A stretch of DNA of 64,000 nucleotides from an uncultured Armatimonadetes bacterium. Lineage in GTDB: Bacteria > Armatimonadota > UBA5829 > DTJY01. Position numbers and translations under genes: made by a program. The stretch is taken from assembly GCA_963717145.1 (NCBI GenBank), contig OY970325.1, positions 3,424,001 to 3,488,000 of the forward strand, read 5' to 3'. This document shows, in pieces, positions 38,498-46,238 of the stretch. Below the pieces are notes generated by a model, which searched no databases, was not told where the DNA came from, and worked only from the letters and a program-made list of their open reading frames with translations. The first letter of the stretch is position 1, and each line of letters starts with the position of its first letter.

Positions 38498-39607
38498 ATG
38501 AAGACTTTGATTGTGCTCTCTCTGATGCTGATCGTTTCGGGTGTACGGGCTGGATGGCTGCAGAGCACCGACATGTGCAACGGCTGGTACAAAGCATGGA
38601 CCGACGAGGCCATCAAGGATATGCGTGATGTGCCGTTCGTGATCGGTGTGCCGCTCGATAGGGCGGTCATCGAGAAGGCTCACAGGCAGGGCACGAAGGT
38701 GCTCGCATACGTCACCTTCTACCAGATGCCGCCACACCCCTACCAGCGGACGGAGCTTGCCAAGCACCCTGATTGGAACGTCATCAAGCCGGACGGATCG
38801 ATCGGCATCTCTGTCTTCGAGGGCACGGAGAACACCGGCTGGAAGACGGTCTGCCCGAACTCGCCGGCATTCCGGGACTATGCCATCGCCTACACCAAGT
38901 ACATGATGGACCTCGGCGTCGACGGTCTGTTCATCGACAATGCCCATCCCGACGTGTACTGCGAGGGCCCGAAGTTCAAGCGCCACCGGCATCTCTACAA
39001 GGACAAGGACAACAACTACGCCTACCGGAAGCTCCTCGAGGCCGTGCGGTATCGAGTCAGGCGGTATGGCGACGATAAGGTGGTCTTCGTAAACGCCGGT
39101 AACCCGAATTCGGAGTGGGTCGGCGCATGCGACGGTCAGATGTTCGAGTCGTACATCTGCACCTGGGCATCGAATCAGCGGTGGCACAACGAGTCGACCC
39201 TGCTCGGCTACCAGCGCACGTGGGGTCCGCAGGCCGACAAGGGGCACCCGCTCATCGCGCTCTCGTATATCGGCCACACGGCGAATCCTCCTCGCGAGGA
39301 TGCGTTCTACTGCTTCGGCTGGGCGCGGCTCTCGGGCTTCATCTGGGCGGACTGGTTCACGGCGAAGGACACTGCGCGCGACCTGTACAAGCTCCGGCTC
39401 GGGAAAGCGCTGGGCCCGATGAAGACCGGCGATGGTTCCTATACGCGCGAATTCGAGAAGGGCATAGTGGTTGTGACGAGCGACTCACGTGGCGCGAAGA
39501 TCACCCTCCCCGGCAAGAAGCTGCACGATGTCTTCGCGGGGGAGGACCTGGCGTCGAATACGATCACCCTCGACAAGGCCGTCGGAAGGGTCTATCTGCG
39601 GAAGTAG
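38498..39607 (+). CDS. Secreted putative glycoside hydrolase (TIM barrel, unclassified)
   Basis: Signal peptide, HPDW, GVDGLFIDN, DGQMFESY, Y.REFEKG.V.V. Confidence 0.6.
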   Translation: MKTLIVLSLMLIVSGVRAGWLQSTDMCNGWYKAWTDEAIKDMRDVPFVIGVPLDRAVIEKAHRQGTKVLAYVTFYQMPPHPYQRTELAKHPDWNVIKPDGSIGISVFEGTENTGWKTVCPNSPAFRDYAIAYTKYMMDLGVDGLFIDNAHPDVYCEGPKFKRHRHLYKDKDNNYAYRKLLEAVRYRVRRYGDDKVVFVNAGNPNSEWVGACDGQMFESYICTWASNQRWHNESTLLGYQRTWGPQADKGHPLIALSYIGHTANPPREDAFYCFGWARLSGFIWADWFTAKDTARDLYKLRLGKALGPMKTGDGSYTREFEKGIVVVTSDSRGAKITLPGKKLHDVFAGEDLASNTITLDKAVGRVYLRK

Positions 39608-39610
39608 CAA

Positions 39611-40213
39611 TCACCAGAGCCCGAGCTTGCGGAGCCGTCTCTGAACCGCGCCGGTTGATACCTCGAATCGTCGAGCTATCGCACCGGCAACTGCGGAGCG
39701 GCTGTAGACTGAGAGCTGGGCCAAGCTCATATCCTCACCTTCCACTTTCCCGATAGCCGTTCTGAACTCAGCAAGCAGAGTATTCTCCGGGAGAAGAAGA
39801 GCTCCGGCAAACCAGTACGCCTGGTGCTCGAACCAGCTATGTTCCCGCTCGGAGAGACTTAGGTAGAACTCGATCCATTCCTCTTCCGAGGCAATCCCCA
39901 GGCCACCGATAATGTCGGAGTGCAGAACACGATGGCCAAGTTCATGTGCCAGGGTGAATCGATAACGCGGCCACTGACGCTCAAGAACGTGCTGATCGAC
40001 TGTGATTGTGGTTGCATCGAGTGACATAATGCCATCAATGCCGTATCCACTCAACAACCCACGGTATGGTACTATGCTGAGTCCAAGGTCAATCTCCACC
40101 AGAGCTTCGACATCAACCGGCACCTCACCGAGACGCCCATTCTGCTCCAGTAGTTGTGCTGCCCGATCGTTCACATCGAGGTAAGTAAGGATCGCAGCTT
40201 GGACTGGTTTCAA
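39611..40213 (-). CDS. ImmA/IrrE-family metallopeptidase
   Basis: RFTLAHELGH, E.QA..FAGALLLP, A..F.VS..A..RRL. Confidence 0.88.
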   Translation of the reverse strand: MKPVQAAILTYLDVNDRAAQLLEQNGRLGEVPVDVEALVEIDLGLSIVPYRGLLSGYGIDGIMSLDATTITVDQHVLERQWPRYRFTLAHELGHRVLHSDIIGGLGIASEEEWIEFYLSLSEREHSWFEHQAYWFAGALLLPENTLLAEFRTAIGKVEGEDMSLAQLSVYSRSAVAGAIARRFEVSTGAVQRRLRKLGLW

Positions 40214-40217
40214 TCCG

Positions 40218-40586
40218 CTATGCCCTCCGGATCGTTTCTATGAGACTCTCAAGTTGTTCCCTGGATAGCTTCTTGCCGCTCACGGTTCTCAGGAGCAAGG
40301 GCAGCTTCGGCACCAACTCCTCATCCATGAGCACATCTCCAGGTATCTGTCCGGCACAAGCCAGCCCCAGATCAACGAACTCCTGCCACTGTTCGCTTGC
40401 CTCTCCGAGCCCCAGCGCTCGGGCATACTGCTCAAGCTTCTCAACCGACTGCGGCGGTGACAACAGACCTCGCTCAAGTTTGCTGATATTGCCCGGGTCA
40501 TACTCATGTTTGACACAGAACTGCCTCAAGGTCTGTCCGCTCTCGATGCGAAGCTGTTTGAACAACTCCCCAAAAGCCTTCGCCAT
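40218..40586 (-). CDS. XRE-family HTH regulator
   Basis: FG...KQLR...G.TLRQF...ISKLERG..PP. Confidence 0.85.
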   Translation of the reverse strand: MAKAFGELFKQLRIESGQTLRQFCVKHEYDPGNISKLERGLLSPPQSVEKLEQYARALGLGEASEQWQEFVDLGLACAGQIPGDVLMDEELVPKLPLLLRTVSGKKLSREQLESLIETIRRA

Positions 40587-40661
40587 AATGGTCAACCCCT
40601 TTCGTCACCCCTCGAACACCGGTGCTTCACATGTTTCACGCTCGTAGTCTGAGAACCAGGG

Positions 40662-40699
40662 TGTTGTAATCATTATACAACATTGTCGGGAAATGTCAA
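40662..40699 (-). promoter_or_regulatory. Consensus promoter with overlapping inverted-repeat operator
   Basis: TTGACA-16 nt-TATAAT. TGTTGTA-N7-TACAACA at 40662-40682 covers the -10. Confidence 0.75.
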
Positions 40700-40729
40700 A
40701 CTTCTTTTCAGGGTCTGCGAGAATCATCG

Positions 40730-41491
40730 CTAGAGCAGCTTCGGCAGGAGTTCCGCCATCGTGATCAGGTCGAGGGCGTTGTGGTGGAAGATGCCCTCGA
40801 GCGGGGCGGCGTTTCCCGTGCGGACGAACTGGTGATACAGCTCGGGGATCAAGTGACCCGGCGTGTCGCCATGCCTCCTCCGGCCGCAGAGGTGCTCCTC
40901 CAGCGTCTGGAGTTTGCAGTTCGGCAGCTTTCCCCTCCATTGCCGCCGAGCGTGCTGAAGCAGGTCGAGATGCTCCTGCTCGAACTCGCACCACAGCCGG
41001 TGGAAGACCATCCGGTCGCGCATGTAGGGGACGTCGAACGTCTTGCCGTTGTAGGTGACGAGCATCCCGTAGCCTGAGACGATATCCGCCAGATGCCCGA
41101 GGAGCGCTCGCTCCTCCGAGTAGTCGCGGGCGAAGAACTGCTCGATGACGACCTCATCGCCTCGGACGAGCAGCGTTCCGATGAGGAACAGAGGACAATT
41201 CGCCAGGCCGCAGGTCTCGATGTCGAGGAACAAGACCTCCTCCGGCGATCGACCGAGCTGGGCCACCCCACCGATCGACGCGAGGACCGATTCTGCGTCC
41301 TTCGGCAGCAGGACATCGAGCCTCCGCTCGCAGACATACAGATCGCCGTGCTGATGAGTGTGTACTCGACCGGGCAGTGCCTCCTCCAGCGTGACGACAT
41401 GAGGCTCGGAGGCGGGCTCAGGGGCCGGCTCCACGGAGGGCCGCTCGCGGTTCACTCGGGACAGTCTTCGGCGGAGTTCGGGGTCAAGCAT
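40730..41491 (-). CDS. YprB-like RNase H-fold exonuclease domain protein
   Basis: FLDIETCGL, VTYNGKTFDVPY, HLDLL, HNALDL. Confidence 0.85.
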   Translation of the reverse strand: MLDPELRRRLSRVNRERPSVEPAPEPASEPHVVTLEEALPGRVHTHQHGDLYVCERRLDVLLPKDAESVLASIGGVAQLGRSPEEVLFLDIETCGLANCPLFLIGTLLVRGDEVVIEQFFARDYSEERALLGHLADIVSGYGMLVTYNGKTFDVPYMRDRMVFHRLWCEFEQEHLDLLQHARRQWRGKLPNCKLQTLEEHLCGRRRHGDTPGHLIPELYHQFVRTGNAAPLEGIFHHNALDLITMAELLPKLL

Positions 41492-41502
41492 GGGAAAACC
41501 AA

Positions 41503-41558
41503 GTGATCGGTGATCGGTGACCGGTGACCGGTGACTGATCACTGATAACTGATCACTA
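41503..41558. repeat. Heptamer tandem repeats
   Basis: gtgatcg x2, gtgaccg x2, gtgactg, atcactg, ataactg, atcacta between lexA and yprB. Confidence 0.85.
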
Positions 41559-42161
41559 GAATTGCCGGATCGAGAGAGTCACCTTGCCGAGGACCTGCAC
41601 TTCACGGGTGATGATCGGCTCGAAATCCGGGTTCTCCGGCTGGAGGCGGACGTTCCCGCCGTCATGGTAGAAGGTCTTGACGGTCGCCTCATCATCGAGC
41701 AGCGCGACGACGATATCGCCGTTGATCGCGGTCTTCTGGCAGCGGGCGACGATGATGTCGCCGTGGAAGATGCCCGCGTCCCTCATGCTGTCGCCCCGGA
41801 CCTTGAGGGCGAAGTGGTCGCCGGACTGCGTCATGTCCGCGGGCACGGGCAAGTAGCTCTCGACGTTCTCGCTCGCGAGGAGCGGCAGACCGGCGGCGAT
41901 CCGGCCGACGACCGGCACCGGGATGAACTTCGCCTGCATCGGAGAGTACTCGCCGGGAAACTCGATCCCCCGGTAGCCATACTTCGACTTGGTGATGCAG
42001 CCTTTCTTCTCGAGGGCTTCGAGGTGCTTGTGGACGGTGCACGGCGAACTGACGCCGAGTGCGTGTGCGATCTCGCGCACCGTCGGCGACTCGCCGTTCT
42101 TCGCCATGTGCCGGCGAACGATCTCCATCACGTCCTGCTGTCTCTTCGTCAGCTTCTCCAA
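41556..42161 (-). CDS. lexA: SOS repressor LexA
   Basis: LT.RQ, SPTVREI HTH, IAAG cleavage site, GDSM serine, TVK lysine. TTG start after GGAGG. Confidence 0.95.
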   Translation of the reverse strand: MEKLTKRQQDVMEIVRRHMAKNGESPTVREIAHALGVSSPCTVHKHLEALEKKGCITKSKYGYRGIEFPGEYSPMQAKFIPVPVVGRIAAGLPLLASENVESYLPVPADMTQSGDHFALKVRGDSMRDAGIFHGDIIVARCQKTAINGDIVVALLDDEATVKTFYHDGGNVRLQPENPDFEPIITREVQVLGKVTLSIRQF

Positions 42162-42203
42162 ACCGTCTCCTCCTGCCCGGGTTCGATTATAGCACAAAGA
42201 CCG

Positions 42204-42488
42204 GGGAAACACGAATGACACGAATGGACGAATATGGGGGAAGTCGAAACCAGCTCGTAGGTATGCGCTCGGTTTGGCTAGAGGCGATAGCTTATTCTCG
42301 TTCGAGAACTGAACACGAATGGGAGAGGAAACACAAGTCCTACGAATGGGCGAATAATCGGGAGAATCCCATTCGTGTGCGGGTGGCTTGATAGCATAAC
42401 CTATCGCCCGTGAATCCGAGTGCTGGTTGGCCTACAAGCCCGGTCTTATTCTCCCCCTATTCGTCCATTCGTGTGATTCGTGTTTCCC
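42204..42488. mobile_element. MITE-like element, sister of 38145-38459
   Basis: 31-bp inverted ends 42204-42234 and 42458-42488 with 1 mismatch. Confidence 0.65.
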
Positions 42489-43648
42489 TAAGCGTACATC
42501 GGTGACATCGCGCGGAGGCGGGTGACGATGCCGGTGAGCGATTCGACCACTTTCTCGAGGTCCTCCCGGGTGGTCGCGCGACCGAGAGTCATACGAAGCG
42601 AGCCGTGCGCCAACTCGTGCGGGAGGCCGATCCCCAGCAGCACGTGCGACGCTGAGAGGTCGCCCGAGGTACATGCCGACCCGCTGGACACGCAGATGCC
42701 GAACATGTCGAGCGAGAGGATCATCGACTCGCCCTCGATACCCTGCACGCTCACGTTCACATTGTTCGGGAGCCGCTTCGTCGGATGGCCGTTCAGGCGC
42801 ACGCTCGGGATGGTGCTGATGATCCGCTCGATCAGCCAGTCGCGCAGTTCGGTGAGCCGCGCGGACTCCTCGGCCATCGTGGTCTGGGCGATCTCACATG
42901 CCTTGCCGAGTCCGATGATCCCGGCGACATTGTGCGTGCCGGCGCGCTTCCGGCTCTCCTGGCCGCCGCCGTGGAGGTACGGCTGGATGCGCGCACCCTT
43001 GCGGATGTAGAGCGCCCCGATCCCCTTCGGCCCGTAGAGCTTGTGCGCCGAGAGGGAGAGCAGATCGACGTTCATCGCCCTCGCGTCGATCGGGATCTTG
43101 CCGACCGACTGAGTCGCGTCGGTGTGGAAGAGGATGCCCTTCTCATGGGCGATTGCCCCGATCTCGGCGATCGGCTCGATCGTCCCGATCTCGTTGTTCG
43201 CGTGCATGATGCTGATGAGGATCGTCTTATCGGTGATCGCGTTCCGGACGGCCTCGGGATCGACGAGACCGAACTCGTCCACGGGGATCACCGTCAACTC
43301 GAACCCGCGCTTCTGGAGGTACTCGCAGGTCTCGAGCACGGCGTGGTGCTCGATCGCCGACGTGATGATGTGGTTGCCCTTCTTCTCGTGCGCCAGTGCC
43401 GCGCCGATGACGGCCCAGTTGTCCGACTCGGTCGCGCCGCTGGTGAAGTACACCTCGCTCGGGTCCGCGCCGATCAGGGATGCAACCTTCGCGCGGGCCT
43501 CTTCGACGACCACATTGGCTTCACGGCCGAATGTATAGAGCGTCGAGGGGTTCGCGTACTGCTCGGTGAGATATGGCATCATGGCGGCCAACACGTCCGG
43601 ATGTGTGGGCGTAGTTGCCGCATGGTCGAGATAGATCAGTTTGCTCAT
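42488..43648 (-). CDS. iscS: Cysteine desulfurase (IscS/NifS)
   Basis: YLDHAATTP, TSGATES, HTDATQ, SAHKLYGPKG, SSGSAC. Confidence 0.93.
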   Translation of the reverse strand: MSKLIYLDHAATTPTHPDVLAAMMPYLTEQYANPSTLYTFGREANVVVEEARAKVASLIGADPSEVYFTSGATESDNWAVIGAALAHEKKGNHIITSAIEHHAVLETCEYLQKRGFELTVIPVDEFGLVDPEAVRNAITDKTILISIMHANNEIGTIEPIAEIGAIAHEKGILFHTDATQSVGKIPIDARAMNVDLLSLSAHKLYGPKGIGALYIRKGARIQPYLHGGGQESRKRAGTHNVAGIIGLGKACEIAQTTMAEESARLTELRDWLIERIISTIPSVRLNGHPTKRLPNNVNVSVQGIEGESMILSLDMFGICVSSGSACTSGDLSASHVLLGIGLPHELAHGSLRMTLGRATTREDLEKVVESLTGIVTRLRAMSPMYA

Positions 43649-43730
43649 GGAAAACCTCCAATCATCGTAACTGGTAAAGAGTAACGAGTAAGGCGGACCA
43701 ACCCTCCGGTTACTCGTTACTCCTTACGCC

Positions 43731-44300
43731 TTATGTCCGCGTGACCTCTGTGCCGCTCTGCCTCATGTGCGCCTTGTTCAGGACGCACTCGCCATCGTGC
43801 TCGATACCGCAGCGAAGGCATGCGTCTTCCACGGCGGTCTCCAGTTCGACGGCCGCCGCGACAAATCGTTCGAGCGAGCGAAGAAGCTGCTCGCGCTCCG
43901 TGGGGTGCATCAGTCCCAATACCCGGGAGAGCCGCTCCGCGCGCTCGGATTCCGTGCGTTGAAGCAGTTCCTCGGCATGTGGAGTCAGGCTGACCTCCGA
44001 CTGCCGGCGGTCCGTGCGACCCGGGCCGCGCTCGACGAGTACCCGCTTCACCATTCGGTCGACGAGCATCGTGGCGGCGGGCTGAGTGACTCCCAGTCCC
44101 TGCGCGAGGCTCCCGATCGTGCACGGACCATGTTGGCCGATGTGCTTCAGCGCTTGGAACTGCGACATGCTGACCTCACCGTCCGGCGACTCCGAGAGCA
44201 GGCCGACGGTCAGGGTCTTCAGCATAATCCGCGTGAAGATGTCCGAAACATGTTGTGTCTGCGCCAGCAGATCGAGATCGTTCATGACGGATAACCCCAT
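43731..44300 (-). CDS. MarR-family regulator with C-terminal Cys/His motif
   Basis: Winged HTH with D.R...V.LT..  and C-terminal CLRCGIEHDGEC. Confidence 0.85.
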   Translation of the reverse strand: MGLSVMNDLDLLAQTQHVSDIFTRIMLKTLTVGLLSESPDGEVSMSQFQALKHIGQHGPCTIGSLAQGLGVTQPAATMLVDRMVKRVLVERGPGRTDRRQSEVSLTPHAEELLQRTESERAERLSRVLGLMHPTEREQLLRSLERFVAAAVELETAVEDACLRCGIEHDGECVLNKAHMRQSGTEVTRT

Positions 44301-44303
44301 TAT

Positions 44304-44348
44304 TATATAACCCGCTTATATAGTACCCGGGATTCGCGGTTTTGTCAA
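44304..44348 (-). promoter_or_regulatory. marR-iscS promoter and palindromic operator
   Basis: TTGACA-17 nt-TACTAT. TATATAA-N5-TTATATA at 44304-44322. Confidence 0.7.
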
Positions 44349-44408
44349 CATTCTTTTGGCGAAAAGTTGCGGGAAAACCGGCCATTCGGTAGAATGATCG
44401 TGCGATAT

Positions 44409-44636
44409 GTAGGGGCGAAGCATTGGCCCATCGGATTGTGCCAACCTGCGGCACCAGTCGCCAATGCTTCGCCCCCGATTACACCGTTCGGGAGGGAGTT
44501 GGACTCCCTCCCGCAGAACTAGATTGGGAGTTGAACTCCCGGTTCAGTTTTGCGGGAGGGAGTCCAACTCCCTCCCGAACGGTGCCAATGCTTCGCCCGA
44601 TCGAGTACGATTACGATGACGAGTAGGAGTACGATT
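44409..44636. repeat. Nested repeat cluster (GTAG element, GTTC palindrome, hexamer repeats)
   Basis: gtaggggcgaagcattgg..ccaatgcttcgccc. Palindrome 44482-44584. Second ccaatgcttcgccc at 44585-44598, then tacgat/tacgag-like hexamers. Confidence 0.88.
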
Positions 44637-44638
44637 CC

Positions 44639-45736
44639 ATGAAGATAGACAGCCTTTCCAGAGTACACCTCGCGAGCCTTCCGACCGCGCTGGAGGATGC
44701 GCCGACCCTGGCGGCGGCGATCGGTATCGACCGGCTGCTCGTGAAGCGCGACGACAACACCGGCCTCGCGACCGGAGGGAACAAGGCCCGGAAGCTCGAG
44801 TTCCTGATGGCCGAGGCGCTCGCTCAGGGATGCGATGTCGTCATCTCGTGCGGGGGCAACCAATCGAATCACGCGCGAATGACGGCCGCCGCCGCCCGGA
44901 AGCTCGGCCTCGACTGCGTGCTCTTCCTGACAAACCCGATGCCCAGGGAGTTCGAGGGCAACCTGCTCCTCGACACGATCCTCGGCGCGCGGATGATCTT
45001 CCTCGGCGACACGGGGATGGAGCGACTGGTGGAGGCGATGGAAGCCGAGGCGGAGACGCTCAGGTCCGCGGGCCGGACGCCATATCTGATCCCGATCGGC
45101 GGCTCGACTCCGCTTGGGGCGATGGGATACGTGACTGCCGTCCGCGAACTCGCTTTGGAGTGCGATGGCTTGACATCGCTTTCTCCCGGGCGGCTTGACG
45201 TCCAGCCCGGCGCCGCCGTGTCAAGCCACGACTCAGCAAAGCGATGTCAAGCCATCGCACTCCAAAGCGCCGACATCGTATTCGCGCTGGGATCCGGCGG
45301 AACCGCCGCCGGGATCACACTGGGATGCGATCTCTTCCTCCCGAATGCGCGTGCGATCGGCATCTCGGTCAGCCGGGGAACCGCCGAATGCCGGGAGGTG
45401 GTCGAGCGCATCGTTCGGGGATCGGCGGAGTTGATCGAGGCGAAGATGCCCGATATGGACCGGCTGAGGGTCTGCGATGAGTACGTCGGCCGGGCATACG
45501 CCGTCCCGACGCCCGAGGGCAGGGACGCGATTCTGCTCGCGGCTCGGACGGAGGGGTTGATCCTCGATCCGGTCTACACCGGCAAGGGGATGGCCGGGCT
45601 GATCGACCTCGCGCGCAAGGGCGAGATCGGACGCGGGAGGCCGGTCGTCTTCTGGCACACCGGCGGGGCCGCGGGCCTCTTCGCCTATGAGAAGCTCTTC
45701 CGCGACGACTCCGGTCAGTTGGCCGCGGAGTTGTAA
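44639..45736 (+). CDS. D-cysteine desulfhydrase / ACC-deaminase family PLP enzyme
   Basis: PT.L, VKRDD.TGLA.GGNKARKLEFL, QSNHAR, GSGGT, LDPVYTGK, FWHTGG. Confidence 0.92.
   Translation: MKIDSLSRVHLASLPTALEDAPTLAAAIGIDRLLVKRDDNTGLATGGNKARKLEFLMAEALAQGCDVVISCGGNQSNHARMTAAAARKLGLDCVLFLTNPMPREFEGNLLLDTILGARMIFLGDTGMERLVEAMEAEAETLRSAGRTPYLIPIGGSTPLGAMGYVTAVRELALECDGLTSLSPGRLDVQPGAAVSSHDSAKRCQAIALQSADIVFALGSGGTAAGITLGCDLFLPNARAIGISVSRGTAECREVVERIVRGSAELIEAKMPDMDRLRVCDEYVGRAYAVPTPEGRDAILLAARTEGLILDPVYTGKGMAGLIDLARKGEIGRGRPVVFWHTGGAAGLFAYEKLFRDDSGQLAAEL
45151..45269. repeat. 119-bp palindromic element inserted in frame in the CDS
   Basis: Perfect 32-bp arms 45151-45182 and 45238-45269 with CTTTGGAGTGCG ends. 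Confidence 0.95.
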
Positions 45737-45781
45737 CGTCCACCCGATGAGCGCCAAGCCTGAATCCTCCGAAGAAAACGT

Positions 45782-45822
45782 TTGACAATCTACGTGCGTC
45801 GGGGTATACTACAACTGTAGTA
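45782..45822 (+). promoter_or_regulatory. Promoter plus BlaI/MecI/CopY operator
   Basis: TTGACA-17 nt-TATACT. TACTACA-ac-TGTAGTA at 45807-45822 contains the TACA-N2-TGTA box. Confidence 0.9.
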
Positions 45823-45850
45823 CAAGATTCTATCTGGGAGGAAGACCGCC

Positions 45851-46237
45851 ATGCCTGAACGACGGGATCTTTCAAAGGCTGAGCTTGACGTTATGGAGGT
45901 CCTATGGCGAAAGGGAAACGCAACCGTCAAGGAGGTCCAGACTGACCTCGGCAAGGACCGCAAGCTGGCGTACACGACGGTGGCGACCCTGCTCAACCGT
46001 CTGCGCGGCAAGGGATATGTCGGGGCGGTAGAGAAGAACTTCGCCTACGAGTTTCGTCCGCTCGCGCAGAGGGATCAGGTGCTGCGCCGGAAGCTCGACG
46101 ACCTCGTGAACCAGGTGCTCCGGGGCGACGTCTCTCCACTCGCCGCCTACATCGCGGAGAACCGTAAGCTGACCCCCGAGCAGATCGCGGCTCTGGAGGC
46201 GATGATCGCGTCCACGCCCGAGAAGGAGGACCGCTGA
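45851..46237 (+). CDS. BlaI/MecI/CopY-family repressor
   Basis: LS.AEL.VM.VLW, LAYTTV.T.L.RL..KGYV. Confidence 0.92.
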   Translation: MPERRDLSKAELDVMEVLWRKGNATVKEVQTDLGKDRKLAYTTVATLLNRLRGKGYVGAVEKNFAYEFRPLAQRDQVLRRKLDDLVNQVLRGDVSPLAAYIAENRKLTPEQIAALEAMIASTPEKEDR

Positions 46238-46238
46238 C

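Noticed and set aside
42162-42320. LexA (SOS) box upstream of lexA
   Set aside because: No convincing GAAC-N4-GTTC or CTGT-N8-ACAG site was found by eye.
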